In this document: positions 37,025 through 50,789 of the stretch, one piece after another
How positions within the stretch are numbered: position 1 is the stretch's first letter
Layout of the letters: each line of letters starts with the position of its first letter
NCBI RefSeq assembly: GCF_006345805.1
Contig: NC_043004.1
Span: 104,904,001-104,968,000 of the forward strand
Direction: 5' to 3'
Origin: Octopus sinensis
Taxonomy: Eukaryota
DNA: 64,000 nt
Program-made: the position numbers and the translations under genes
Notes under the pieces: model-generated
What the model was told of the DNA's origin: nothing
Database searches by the model: none
The model's input: the letters and a program-made list of their open reading frames with translations, nothing else

Positions 37025-37416
37025 CTAGCAGTATCGCCCGGCGTTGCTCGGGTTTGTAAGGGAAATAACTATACAGCATTTTTAGAGAGTTATAGCCAAA
37101 AAATAGCATAAAAATGCATTAAAAATGGAAAAAATATGATGGTAAATTTTTTTTAAATCGTTGACTCATCGTAGACATTTTTAGAGAGTTACTTCCCGTT
37201 AAAAAAATATGCATGAAAATGGAAAAAATGAAGGTAAATTTTTTTTTAAATCGTAGACTCATTGTAGACGCGCGCTAATACCCAGAAGGGCTCGATATGA
37301 ATCACGACTATAAGATACCTGGTTTTGGTTAAACTGCACCGCAAAATGTGGGAGTAGTTAGGAATCTAAATCGAAGGAGACAGACACTCACACAACAACA
37401 GTTTTATATATAAAGA
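37025..37416 (-). mobile_element. Non-autonomous Helitron, 392 bp (same family as 19839-20233)
   Basis: a|ctagcagtatcgcccggcgttgctcggg ... tatatataaaga|t. Confidence 0.85.
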
Positions 37417-37847
37417 TTTCATTGAAAAGCCAGAAATCCATTTTTCTGAAAGTTTATGAGGAAACAAAGTCGGATGACGAGGTTGTAACACTTTTGTAGG
37501 TAGGAGTACTTCAACTCGATACAACTAAATTCCAGCTTTACGTATATCTTTTTTCTTCTTACGTATATCTTTTTTCCCACCCCAACAAGTCAGTCGTCAG
37601 ACTCTGCCCCCCTCCCCCCATCACCCTACACCCTGAGGCCACCCACTACCATCACCACCCAAACAGAAGATGATGTCAGATTTTATAATCGACAATCAGC
37701 AGATTTCCTAAATCTTACAATGAAAGTTTGTTATGACTCATGCTTAAACACTGAATCATCAACAACATCGCATGAATTAGTGTTTATTTTGACCAATATA
37801 TGCACGCGTGTATATGTAATATGTGTGTTTGCATATGTGTGTATATG

Positions 37848-37849
<2 letters not shown>

Positions 37850-37889
<40 letters not shown>

Positions 37890-37918
37890 ATATACATACA
37901 TACATGTGTACGTGAGTG

Positions 37919-37951
<33 letters not shown>

Positions 37952-38410
37952 TATATATATATACACACACACAAATATGTAAATTCATAGACATACACAC
38001 TACACACATAAACATGTATGTATGTATGTATGTATGTATGTATGTATGTATGAGTGTGTGTGTGTATGTCTGTTATGTATGTATGTATGTATGTATGTAT
38101 GTATGTATGTGTGTGTGTGTATGTCTGTACGTATGGGCACATGCATGCAAGTATATACGTGAGGATTATTTATTTCATATGCAGGTATTTGTATTTTAAT
38201 GCTTGGCTTACCGTAATTAGCGGCATCCATTGATGACTAATTATTTTTATTGATTTAAAAGAAGATAATAAAAAAAAAAACAAAAGGAACAGAAGTCATG
38301 ACTAAGTGGAGTGTAATGTTTACAAACCCTGATTCGAAACCCGATTGTAAAGTTTGATTGTCTTGCAGTTTATTTTACTTAAAGGTGCTCAGCTATGTAT
38401 AAATGTTATT

Positions 38411-38441
<31 letters not shown>

Positions 38442-38452
38442 GATAGAGATAT

Positions 38453-38485
<33 letters not shown>

Positions 38486-38496
38486 TAGACAGATAG

Positions 38497-38595
<99 letters not shown>

Positions 38596-38660
38596 AAGAC
38601 AGACAAATAGATAGACAGACAAATAGACAGACAGACAGATAGACAGACAGACAGATAGAC

Positions 38661-38739
<79 letters not shown>

Positions 38740-38740
38740 T
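37850..38740. repeat. Compound TA/CA/TATG/GACA/GATA microsatellites
   Basis: Directly visible at 37850-38120 and 38410-38740. Confidence 0.9.
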
Positions 38741-39440
38741 GGACGGACGGACACACAACCACAACAAGCAACCCTTCGTTATTATTATTACGTCATCATT
38801 TTATTAATCGACAAGTAGGCAAAATTCCTTTGCTATTTTCTCAAATAACTTTTCCCGCTTCTCTATGAAGCATTCCATGTTTATATTATAAAAACCACCT
38901 GACTTGCTGACATTAAAACAATAACATCACACACATTGTTCGTCGCTGCACAACAAAACAACAACCTTTTCTACGATCTTTCACGAACTTTATTTGAACT
39001 TTCCTCGGTCCCAAAACCTGTTTGCCGTATGTAGAGGAAAACAATAACAACCTTTGCGGTTTCGTTCGCAGTACCCGATTTTTAAACATTTTTTTTCAAT
39101 TTTCTATATATGTAATTTTACGTGCTAATTATGTAAATCACAATAAAATTTTTGAGCCAATTTAAAAATGGAAAAAAAAGTTATAAACTTTTAACCCTTC
39201 CTATTTCCCCTGGCGTCCAAGCTTCAAAAATGATATGCACCTTTTTTTTTTCAACCCTAGAATGTCTTGGAAGCTATAAAAGGAAAGCTTTATATTACTC
39301 AGACAGTATGAAAGAAGAGCTTTAGGTCAAACTTAAGAAAATTGTAACTAATCACTAGAAGTCACATTTGGCAAATGTTGTCGGTAAGCAAATGAAAACA
39401 TTACGAAACCTTGAGAGATTTTTTTTTTATAGATACAAAG

Positions 39441-39888
39441 TCATCATCATCATCATCATCATCGTTTAACGTCCATTTTCCGCGCTAGCATGGGTTGGAC
39501 GGTTCGACCGGGGTCTGGGAAGTCAGGGGCTGCACCAGGCTCCAGTCTGATCTGGCAGAGTTTCTACGGCTGGATGCCCTTCCTAACGCCAACCACTCCG
39601 CGAGTGTAGTGGGTGCTTTTTATGTGCCACCGGCACAGGTGCCAGGGGAGTTTGGCATCGGCTACGATCGGTTGGTGCTTTTAACGTGCCACCGGCACGG
39701 AAGCCAGCCAAGGCGGCGCTGGCAACGGCCACGTTCGGATGGTGCTTTTTATGTGCCACCGGCACAGAAGCCAGTCGAGGCGACGCTGGCTTAAGTCAAG
39801 GCAGCGCTGGTAGTCGAGGCGGCGCTGGCTTAAGTCGAGGCGGCGCTGGCAGTCGAGGTGACGCTGGCAGTCGAGGCGGCACTGGCAA
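39441..39888 (-). mobile_element. Non-autonomous element with RTE-type 3' tail and internal GC-rich minisatellite
   Basis: (cat)n-cgtttaacgtcc...tggatgcccttcctaacgccaacc, repeated gtgccaccggcac units, then agtcgaggcggcgctggc repeats; older copies at 43641-44160, 45240-45505, 52780-52860, 53890-54010, 57030-57150. Confidence 0.75.
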
Positions 39889-40209
39889 GAATATAATGAA
39901 ATACAATAAAATCTAAACATTACGAAATACCATTTCAAGTTTAAAAGGGGACAAAAATAAGATCCTTGAGATTTCATTCACAGCGTTCAATTTTATGTTT
40001 CCTACGCTGATATAGTTTTTAGTGTTTATTACGAAAATCACATTCATTTTTGACACATTAATAATAAAGCCGTAAGAAATCCTTGAAGTTTGAAACTTTT
40101 GCCAATCAAAACACTCCATTATCAACCTACCAGAAATCCACATTGTTGTCCATTCCTATAGCGGCAGCATTCACTAGTTTCCTCCTTTTGGTTAGATGTT
40201 TGACCAAGC

Positions 40210-40970
40210 TAAGTTGTAGAGCTACGCTTAGGGTTACAGTTAGGCTTAGGTTTGGGGTTAGGGTTGGAATAAAGTTAAGGTTAAAGTCAGGGATAGGTTA
40301 GGGTTAAGGTGAGAGTTAGGTTTGGAATTACAGTTAGTGTTAGCATTAGGGCTAAAGACAGGATTAGAGTTAGGGTTAAAGTTATCATGGTTTTGGTCAG
40401 GATTAAGCATGTGGCTAGGGCTGAATTAGGGCTTCTGTCAGGGTCAGTGTTAGGTTTAATTTAGTGTTTAGATAAAGATTTAGTGTTAGGTTCAGTGTCA
40501 CAATTAAGGTTAGATTTGGGGGTTAGGAATGGGGACAGAATTAAGTTTAGTGCTAGCTTTAGAGTTAGGGATGGTGTTAGCATTTGGGTTAGGATTAGAG
40601 TTAAGGTTAGAATTATAATTAGTGTTAGGGCTAAGGTTAGCATTAGAATTAGGTCTATTTTTATGAATAGACTTAGACTTACTTCGGTGTTATAGTTATG
40701 CTTGGTGCTAAGATCAGGTTTTAGGGCTACAGTTAAGGTTTGAATTTGTATTAGGGTTAGAGTTAGGATTATGATTAGTTAGGCCTAAGATTAAGTTTAG
40801 TTTAAATGTTAGTCTTAGACTAAGAATTAGATTCAGTGTTATGGTTTGGGTAAAGGGTTATGGTTAGAGTTAGCTATAGAATGAGGTTTAGCTTAAGGTT
40901 AGGATTACTGTTTAGGATAGGATTAGGTTTGGGGTTAGTGTTAGGTTTATGTTTTGGCTCAGGGTTACTG
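40210..40970 (+). repeat. Degenerate (TTAGGG)n-like hexamer array
   Basis: About 760 bp of ttaggg/ttaggt/ttagtg/ttaagg variants in 6-nt register. Confidence 0.8.
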
Positions 40971-42379
40971 TAACTTTAATCTTAAAATTAGTTTTCCCAT
41001 ATTTTTCAGTTTGGGATTTAATTTTATGGTTTGTATTAGGGGTATGTTTTTTGTGTGTGGGAGTCACTTCTAAACATAATTGATGCCATTGTTTAGCTCC
41101 AGGACAATTCTGTTAGTGCAGACCTATGATCAAAACCATTCCAGCCATGACCATCTTTTTTTAAAGGATATCTAAGACTATATTATCTAATGTGTCCTGT
41201 TTTGTTTTTTAAGATAGTTGGGTGTGATTTGAAGGAGATTTTGCTGTAATACCCAGCAGGTTAAACATGTACCCTGTATGACTGTAAAAATGTTCAGATT
41301 CTTATCCAGCTGCAAAAACTGAATATTTCACTTTTTTCTTTCTTCTTAAATAAATCATTTTACTGAAATGGATTTCTAGGAAGCACATCATCATACCACC
41401 ATTTAGAAATGTATTGAGGAAATATAAGCCCCAATGTTAAAAACACATTAGATCCTGAACGGTGGTTATGTTTTCCATGTTGCATTAACCTCTTCACATA
41501 TAATCCCATATATTTTCATTCAGCGATGTCTAATAAATATATATTTGAATGAAAATACACATTCACTGTACTTTGGGGTATGTCACTTATTTCTAACCCA
41601 AAATATTTCGTTCACGATGTTATTTCCTTTTTCTATCATTAACCCATTTTAACCCATTTTGAAGATAGTTATATAAATAAGGATAACAAACAAGCAGAAT
41701 TGTCCAGTTAACCTTTATTGCAGTAAATAAACCAAATACAATGGTTAAATACAAGCACTATTTTGCACCCAGTTAACATTTACTGCAGTAAATAAACCAA
41801 ATACATCTGTTCTCTAACGAGGACAGTGGGTTAGTGTGGGTTCATTTCTATCTGTAACTTCATAATAAATCACATCTAATCCAAAATAATTTGTGTACTT
41901 AATCTTCCTTATATACAGATTCAAAATAAATTATTAAAAAAAAATTTTCCTTTGCATGGAAATTGAAAATAAATGTGTATGTTAAGAACTTAAAACATCC
42001 AGTGGAAAGGTTGCTAGAATAACATTGATAATGTCCTCAATAGCCACTAATATGTCTCCCATAAAGCTAGATCCACAAGGGGCTAACTTTCCCATGTTAC
42101 CTACCAGTAGACTCTTACCTTTATAAATCCACTGAAAGCTTCAAAATTAACAAAGTTTGCAAATCTATGAAAACTTCCCACTTATAGGCTCCATCTGTCT
42201 TTCATCTGGATTGGTAACTTCTTTACAGATTACATAATCATGGTATGTATTGATAAAGCTCATTCTGTCCCATACTCTATCAACTCTAGTGTGCCTCACA
42301 ATTCAATCTTGTCCTACACTCACTTCCTTCTACACACCGATGACCTACTTGTTGTCACCTCCAACATCACCCATTCTTA

Positions 42380-42780
42380 TGCAGGAGTGACTGTGTGGTA
42401 AGTAGCTTGCCTACCAACCACAAGGTTCCGGGTTCAGTCCCACTGCGTGGCACCTTGGGCAAGTGTCTTCTACTATAGCCTCGGACTGACCAAAGCTTTG
42501 TGAGTGAATTTGGTAGACGGAAATTGAAAGAAGCCCGTCGTATATATGTATATATATATATGTGTGTGTGTTTGTGTGTCTGTGTTTCTTCTCCCACCCA
42601 ACATCGCTTGATAACCAATGGTAGTATGTTTACGTCCCTTTAACTTAGCAGTTCAGAATAAGTACTAGGCTTACAAAGAATAAGTCCTGGGGTCAATTTG
42701 CTCAACTAAAGGTGGTGCTCCAGCATGGCAGCAGTCACTGAAGCAGACTGAAACAAGTAAAAGAGTAAAGAGTAAAAGAG
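42380..42780 (+). mobile_element. Full-length SINE family A
   Basis: gcaggagtgactgtgtggtaagtagc... to (gtaaaaga)3 tail. Confidence 0.9.
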
Positions 42781-44494
42781 TATATTACCTTTCATTTCTC
42801 CATAATCTCTGCCAACCATGCATCATCTACATGCAACCATGAAACATTCCAAATTTTCTTTCACTTCTTCCATGAACGATCTTAAAAATATCCTCCTGTA
42901 GGGCAATACAAACCTCAGCTCTTTCAACAGCAAAAGAAACACAAATGCTATAAATATTGGTTTGAAATTTTGGCACATTACCAGCAATTTTTGGGTAGGA
43001 GTTAAGTCAATTACATCAACCCCAATGATCAACTGGTACTTATTTTATCAATCCTGAAAGGATGAAAGATTAACCTTTGCAGAATTTGAACTTGGAATGT
43101 TGCAACAGACAAACTTCCTCTAAGTATTTTACCTACCGTGCTAATGATTGTCAGTTCGCTGCCTTCCAAATGCTATTAATATCTTGAAAATATCATTGAG
43201 CCACATCCCCTGTAAATGTAAACAGTACTCAACTCGAGCCTTCATAGTTACTCTGTTAGACCTCACATGCACTGAAGATCTCTCTTGGCTAACGCATGTC
43301 CTTAACATAGCTAGGACTGCATCCCAAATGGCCCTTCACTTCAGGATCAGAAAATACTTCAGGCTCAAAATAAATACTGACATTCTACAGATCTCATGTG
43401 AGAACCACAACTGAGTATTGTTTACATGTCTCAGACAGAGCAGCTACCACACAGCACTGAAAAAAGGCCACTCAGTTGACTATCATAAAGACACACTCGG
43501 GCCAATTGTATAGCTGGAAGGGGCAGAGGGAAAGAATAGCCTAGGCAATGCCTTTACGATGGGGATGGCACTTTTTGGTCTTGTAGAGACTGGTGTTATA
43601 AAACACAAAAATATAAATGCAGTATACACAACTGAGGTAGTCATCATCATCATCATCATCATTTAATGTCTGCTTTCCATGCTGGCATGTGTTGGACAGT
43701 TTAACTGAAAACTGGTAAGCCAGGGGCTGCACCAGGTTCCAATCTGATTTGGCAGGGTTTCTACAGCTGGATGCCCTTCCTAATGCCAACCACTCCAAGG
43801 GTGTAGTGGGTGCTTCCTACAAGCCACAGCATGGGTGCTATTGACCTAACACCAGCATCGGCCACAACTACAGTCTCACTAGCCTTGACAGGTCAACACA
43901 AGCACAGTATATCGCCAAGGATCTTGGTCACTTGTCACTGTCTCTATGTGGCCCAACACTCGAATGGTGATTTTTACGTGCCACCAATATGGGTGCCACT
44001 CAGATGGCACTGGCATTGGCCACGATTACAATTTCACTCGGTTCAACAGGTCTTCACAAGCACAGCATATCGCCCAATGATCGAAGGGTGCTTTTAACAG
44101 GTCACTTACGTGATGCTGGCATCAGCCATGACTACAATCTTACTCAGCTTGATGTCACTGCCTCCATGAGGCCCAGTGCACAAACCACTGAAATAGCCAT
44201 TGATATACCATACTCGTGGTGGCACATGGCTCAGTAGTTTGGGTGTTGTACTCATGATTGTAAGATTATGGACTGAGTGATGCATCGTGCTCTTGAGGAA
44301 AGCACTTCATTTCACATTGCTACAACCCACTCAGCAGGCAAAAATGAGTATTCCTGCAACAGAACAGAGCCCTGTCCAGTGGAAGTGGTGAGTGGGGGAT
44401 ATATGCTTCAGAATCTAAGAAATTGGCCATATGAGCCTATGGCCCAGAAAGGAGGTTTGATCCTTTCTTATTTATTTGTCTCATTCTTGAAGTA

Positions 44495-44850
44495 CACACA
44501 TTGCCAATGGACCAGTTATGGCAGTATTTGTTCTGAGATGATATCTCTTACAGACTTGCTGTGTTAAAAACAGAAATATCAGAGAGAGATGAAAATTTGC
44601 TCCAGCAGCAGCAGCCAGTGAGAGCCCCAAATGCATTTCAGCATTCTTGAGCCCTTTTAATGGCATACATTCACAGACACCCTCTTTTTTCCTGATGAGA
44701 AAAGGGGCTGAAATGCATTTGGTACTCTCATTGGCTGCTACTGGAATGAATTTTCATCTCTCCCTAATATTTAATGTATTTTTAACACAGCATGTCCATA
44801 AATGTTATCTCAGGACAAATACTGTAGTCTTTGGCCTATCAACAGTGTAT
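44495..44850. repeat. Old fold-back element, ~145-bp diverged arms
   Basis: 44495-44642 versus 44707-44850; ORFs 44481-44666(-) and 44647-44931(+) mirror each other (AEMHL.LSLAA...NFHLSLIF). Confidence 0.75.
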
Positions 44851-45659
44851 ATATACATTAAGTATGATATAGAACTGACTGTTTTAGTGAAAACAAAATT
44901 GGAAACTACCAATGATAACATTTTTATCTGATATGTTAAAAAGGATTGAATCAGTTATTCTGTAGTTCAAAATGCCATTTTAAGTCATTGTAAAACGGAA
45001 ACAGTTAAAGATGGTATCCTGGTTATTGGAGAATTGATAGTGCCACCAACATATTTAAGAACGTTGATGATACGAAGAACAACAGCAACAAAGAATTAGT
45101 GGACATTAGAAGTATGATGACCACATTACAGTAATGATATGGGACAATATGTAAGATGTTCAACATGTGATAGAATAATAACTGAGTTACCTTACACAGT
45201 TCACACATAGTTAAGATAATTAATTCTTGGCACGGGAGCTCGTCAACAGCACAGCACTGGCAACAACCATGCTCAAATGGTGCTTTTTACATGCCACTGG
45301 CATCAACCACGCTCAAATGGTGCTTTTTACGTGCCACCAGCATGGGTGCCAGTCAGGCGGTACTGGCATCGGCCACGACAATAACTTTACTTGATTCAAC
45401 AGGTCTTCACAAGCACAGTTTATTGCCCAATGATTGAAGGGTTCTCTTAAATGGGCCGGTTATGCTGCACTGGCATAGGCCATGGTTACAGTCTCACTTG
45501 AGTTACGTGCTTTTGAATCAAAAAGACTTTATTAGTTTATCTGTTTTGATGGACAGACATATAAAGTTACCATTACAATGGTTTTCTTTTCTTCTTTAAT
45601 ATCCCACCCATCCACCCACCCACTATTCCTGGGAGAATCATAGGATTAGAGTCCTCAAG

Positions 45660-46010
45660 CATCTCCTCCATTGGGGGTCCAATCAGAAGCAACCTTCATT
45701 AGACTTTCCTGCTGGATTCCCTAGCATAACCCGTTGAGACTATGGATATTATCCAACCAACACTTTCTAGGTATACCCTTAGGTTTCCTACTGGTTAGCT
45801 CAGCTAGATGAACCCATCTTGTGGTTCTTTCCTGTAACATTCTAATCACATGTCCAGTAGTACTGAAACTGTGACCTCTCAATGCAGAGAAGTAGTGGGT
45901 CAACCACGAGAGATTCTTTGATCTCTGAGCTATGCACCCTGCCAAGTAAAATTTCTCCAGAGATCCTTCAAAGAACCCCATTTGGGACAATGGTATTGGT
46001 GATCATAGTC
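45660..46010 (-). mobile_element. RTE-type LINE C-terminal fragment
   Basis: GHVIRM...RKPKGIPRKCWLDNI resembles the RTE GHV.RM...RGRP...W.D motif. Confidence 0.55.
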
Positions 46011-46257
46011 TTTCACAATCGGACTCTTTAATATTAGATGATAATATTAAGTAGGTGTTTTCTTTATTTCTTCTCCAGGAGTTGGATTCATTCAACAAGT
46101 TTTAAATGAATATAAGAAATTAGCTTTGAAAGTAGGATCTCCCATGTGTAATACAGCAAATTAAGTAAAATGAAAAAAAACTTCAACATGGTATCTCATG
46201 ACAACTGCTCTAAACATTAATTCATTGAAACAGAACATACATACATAGCTATGTAAG

Positions 46258-46329
<72 letters not shown>

Positions 46330-46974
46330 CAGACAGATATATGTACATTATTTAATGACAAATGTTTGTGAAAGGAGTACTCAATACATGTTGAGGATAT
46401 TGTATTAAACCTATGTATGTATGTATGTACGAGTGGGTTTAAATATTGAAAGCCATACCTTAGGGTAAATAAGAACTGTTTCAAATTTTGGCCGAGTGGA
46501 AGCAATGTTAAGAGAGAGGCTTAATCGAGTACAGCAACTCTAGCACATGAAATAGCAGCTAAGGCTTCTTCAAACCAAGTGGAAAGACATATCCTTGCCT
46601 AGGAATGTTGTTTAAGGAAAAGTTATTTAAGTAAATGTAATTATTGTATAATATATATACATACGGAGTTTGAAAAGGTTAAAGATCCCCTTCGGTCATG
46701 AATGACTACAGGGTTGCACCTAGACGGTGCCCCTCTGAGTCACAAGTCCAGGCAAGGTTGTTTAAGAAAGACCAGCAGTTGAACATGCATACCAGCTTCT
46801 CCTTCCCACACCACTGATGCAAAGCTAGCTTGGCACCAGTGACGTCACAACTCATTTCTACAGCTGAGTGAACTGGAGCAACATGAAATAAAGTGTCTTG
46901 CTCAAGAACACAACACAGCCATCAAACTCGCTACCTCAGGACTGTGAGCCTGACGCTCTAACCAAAGCCAAAAA

Positions 46975-47365
46975 TCTCTCTATATATAAAGCTGAAGTTG
47001 TCTGTGTATGGCAGGTTTGGTAGCCTTCAACTAACACTATCTCCTCCGAGACCCTGCGGCGCAAGTTGACCAAAATCGAGAGTATGATAGAAGAAGGCTT
47101 GCTCTTCCTTCCGTAGAAGAAAAATTTCAAATCGGACCATGTTAACACCAAAAATTATTTACATCAAAAAGGTGCTTTTTTTCTATGAAAATCCCTATTT
47201 TTTACGATTTTTTACTGCTGTGTCACCATTTTTCGGTGTATTTCAACCAGAAAAATGTTCACTTAAAGAGAATAACAAGCTACATAATGCAAAATTTTTG
47301 CTTTTCAAAAATTCCAATTCTAAAGGGGCGAAACAAACCCGAGCAACGCCGGGCGATACTGCTAG
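46975..47365 (+). mobile_element. Non-autonomous Helitron, 391 bp, distinct body
   Basis: A|TCTCTCTATATATAAAG ... cccgagcaacgccgggcgatactgCTAG|T. Confidence 0.85.
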
Positions 47366-48678
47366 TATGAAATAAAACATTTATAAATAACTTCTCTTAA
47401 GTTAATATTGGTTTTAAATTTTGGTCCAAGGTCAGTAGTTAGAGGGAAGGGAATAAGTCAATTACATCGACACCCTCCTCCTCCCCCACCAACGTCAAGC
47501 TCAGCTGGTAATTTATTTTATCAACCTCGAAAAGTATGAAAGGCAAAATTGATTGACCCTGGTGACCTTTGAATGCAGAAAGTGGAAGACGGACGAAATG
47601 CCACTGAGCATCCTGCTTAACGTGCTAATGGATCTGCCAGCACACTGCCTTTGTGTTTTTTTAGCTAAGCAATATTAAAAAGACTATTTATTAGGTCTTA
47701 AAAAAAAGAATAACTAAAGACAGCCTCAATTCGAATAATTTATACAGTTTAAAAATACGATGAAGGGAAAGAAGCTAGAAACCCCTGGTACACAGATATT
47801 TCATTGTGCTGAGTGGGGACACTAAGCTCCCTTGTTCGAAAATCTAAGGACGCAGACAGTGCGTCGATAGCCAAATGGAGACGATGTTTCCTGGGGCTAA
47901 AAAACAGTAACATTCATCCTAATCAGGACTGCCACATTATGTTGGCAAACAACCTTTATTCTATAACATTTCTATTTTCCTGAAAATGAAAACAGTTGCA
48001 ATGTTAATAGGATCTTTGTAATGTTTCCAAAAAGTTTTTGTATTTAAACTAAATATATTTCAAATAAAAGGTAGCATTTGTCGAACACATCCTTTTTTAT
48101 ATTCAGAGTTCAAATTCGGCTGAGTTCGACTCTGCCTATAATTCCTTCCGTGATTGATAGAGTAATTACCAGTTGAGGACTGGAGTCGATGCAGTTGACT
48201 TACCCTCTCCCCGAAATTGATGGCCTTGTGCCAAAATTTGAAACCATATAGCATTTTAAATGGACAAACAATTTAAAATAAAAATCTTACCATCTTGCCG
48301 TCAACCAAATGATAAGAATTGACTTGATTTTATACATAAAAACAAAAAAAGTGAAAATACCTCAGAGATTTTAATGTATGTTCTAAAACTGGTGCATCTA
48401 ATATTCGACATGTGTGCAGCTTGCTAAGTCCATACACAATGAGACAAATGGAAGTTCGTTTTGAATGGGTTTGTTTATTTTGTTTTTCAAATTTATCCGA
48501 ATAGATTCTAGCAATACAAACGATATTAAAAGGTTTTGCAATTGAAACAGTGCAAGCTTTCTCAAGAATTGTATGCATTCATTTGAACAATTTCTGTCTT
48601 CGTTCTTACACTAAAGATTAGATGCATAATAGGACTGTATATGTGTGTGTATACACAGGAAAACATTTCCCCCACATA

Positions 48679-49063
48679 TCTCTCTATATATAAACGGCAG
48701 TTTGTCTGTGCGTGTTTCTGTGTGTCTGTTTGCTTGTACCCTCACCCTGACCACGGCTTTCAACCGATTCTGATGAAACTTGACACATACATAGCCCAAT
48801 GTCATAATTCAAAACTAACGCAGCGAAAATTTTCAAAAGTTCCCCCAGTTCTGAAAAAAATCGATAAATTCGACATGGGGTCGAGAATTAGAAACGCAAA
48901 CCGCAAACTGTCTAGGGGACGCAACTCCACCTTTTTTAACTAAAAAAAAAATTTACCATCATTTTTTTCCCATTTTTTTTGCTATTTTTTGGCTATAACT
49001 CTCTAAAAATGCTTTATAGTTATTTCCCTTACAAACCTTAGCAACGCCGGGCGATACTGCTAG
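48679..49063 (+). mobile_element. Non-autonomous Helitron, 385 bp, third body type
   Basis: A|TCTCTCTATATATAAAC ... gcaacgccgggcgatactgCTAG|T; splits a subunit of the 48660-49720 repeat at A|T. Confidence 0.85.
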
Positions 49064-50585
49064 TTTCTTATAATCGTAATCTATGCCGTTTGAAAGGTGT
49101 TTCTGTAAAATTTCATTAAAAGATATCCATTTTCCTGAAAGTTATGAGGTAAAAAATCGGATCGTATGATTTTTCCGAAAGTCCTCTCCCTCCATCTCCG
49201 TTCATTTGCGCAAATTTTTGTTTTCATATTCGTTTTCTACGTCTTTTTTTACTCCTAGTAGACTTATTTTATTTCATTTTGGTGACAGGGAAAAAAAAAC
49301 AAATCTTGGGAATTTTCCGACAGTCCTCTCCTTCCCCACTTCGGAAAACATTTTCCCCACAAATTTCTTTGTAATCCTAATCTATGCTGTATGAAAGGTG
49401 TTTCTATAAAACTTCATTGAAAGTTATCCATTTTCCTGAAAGTCATGAGGGAAAAAAATGGACCGTGTGAATTTTCCCAAATCCTCTCCCCACCCCTTCG
49501 GGAAACATTTTCCCCGGAAATTTCTTTGTAATCGTAATCTGTACCATTTGAATGGTATTTTCTATAAAATTTCATCAATATATATCCATTTTCATTAAAA
49601 TTATGAAGGGAAAATCGGATCTTATCAATTTTCCGAAAGCTCTCTCCCGACCCCGTACGTTTCCGTAAATGTTTGTTTTTATATTTGATTTCTACACATT
49701 TTTTCACTCCTAGTAGGCAGTTTCTTTTTGTTTTTGTTTTTTGACTGGGTCTTAACCTGTATATTAAACCTGGTACCTGACAAGCTGTCTCACATGCTAA
49801 TTGGTTTAATTGAATTTGAGAAGGCGAGTCACTACTTCAATGTAATCTGAGACCGAATAGTTATCTCCCTTCGAATAGACTTTGTAAATTAAAGTTCTGT
49901 CCCTTGAATAAAAGTCTGGTTTTCATTACATGTTTAATAGCAGTATTTGAAATCAATTATATATGTAAATAAATGTAAATTAAATTAAAAAATCGTATTT
50001 TAAAGAACAACAACAGAAATATATATAGGTATATCTTTTAAATTCGTTTAAGGCAACGTTAGGGGTATACAAATCTAGCTCCTATTTCATTATGCTATCT
50101 ACCGCCTAACACTACTAATTCCAAGGGTACCGACTCTGATGTCAAAGTCATGTGATTTGTGAAAGCGCACGTAGTGATGGATTAAATATTTATAAATTCC
50201 ATATATATATAATACTAATGATGGAAGAAAATCGAGAGTTGAGGGTGTATTATTTATATGTATTATTGTTTGAAGTTGAAATTTAAATACAAATAAATTT
50301 TAACTTCAAACTATGATACAAATAAATTATCCTCGACTCCAGTTTCTTACCTCATTATTAATATACTTATGATAAACCCTAACATATTGTTCACAAGAAG
50401 GGCCGGAGCTGAAGATCCCTAGCCTATTTATGAGTCTATGGATATAAATTAAAGGAAGAGAAAACTCAGGCAGGACAAACTTATCAGATCATTTAAATTG
50501 GTTTAATTATAATGGTGAATCGAAGTAAGCGAAAATAAATAATAATGTCTTACAGTAAGCGAAAATATATAATAATGTCTTACAG

Positions 50586-50789
50586 CTGCTTCCAAGATAT
50601 CCCAGATAATGGATCATTGTGTTGATCCACATTTCCATATACTGGGTATTCCGTCATTGGAGACAAGATATGCAGGAAATTTCCATGGGAAGATTTAGAT
50701 AGAAAATTTGGTGCAGAGAAATGCATGAAGATTAAGGCTCATCCCGTTATCCATAATTCCGTGAAGGTGTACCTCGTGTATAATTCCAG
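50586..50789 (+). pseudogene. Candidate symmetrical (phase 2-2) exon with one in-frame TGA
   Basis: tcttacag| ... TCC AG|GTAAGT, 204 nt; CFQDIPDNGSLC*STFPYTGYSVIGDKICRKFPWEDLDRKFGAEKCMKIKAHPVIHNSVKVYLVYNS. Confidence 0.35.

Noticed and set aside
39770-39888. Regularly spaced 18-21-bp repeats considered as CRISPR-like
   Set aside because: Contiguous tandem units with no unique spacers, no cas genes, eukaryotic context.
44950-45140. Possible exon (WYPGYWRIDSATNIFKNVDD...)
   Set aside because: Splice sites and reading frame are inconsistent; no partner exon found.
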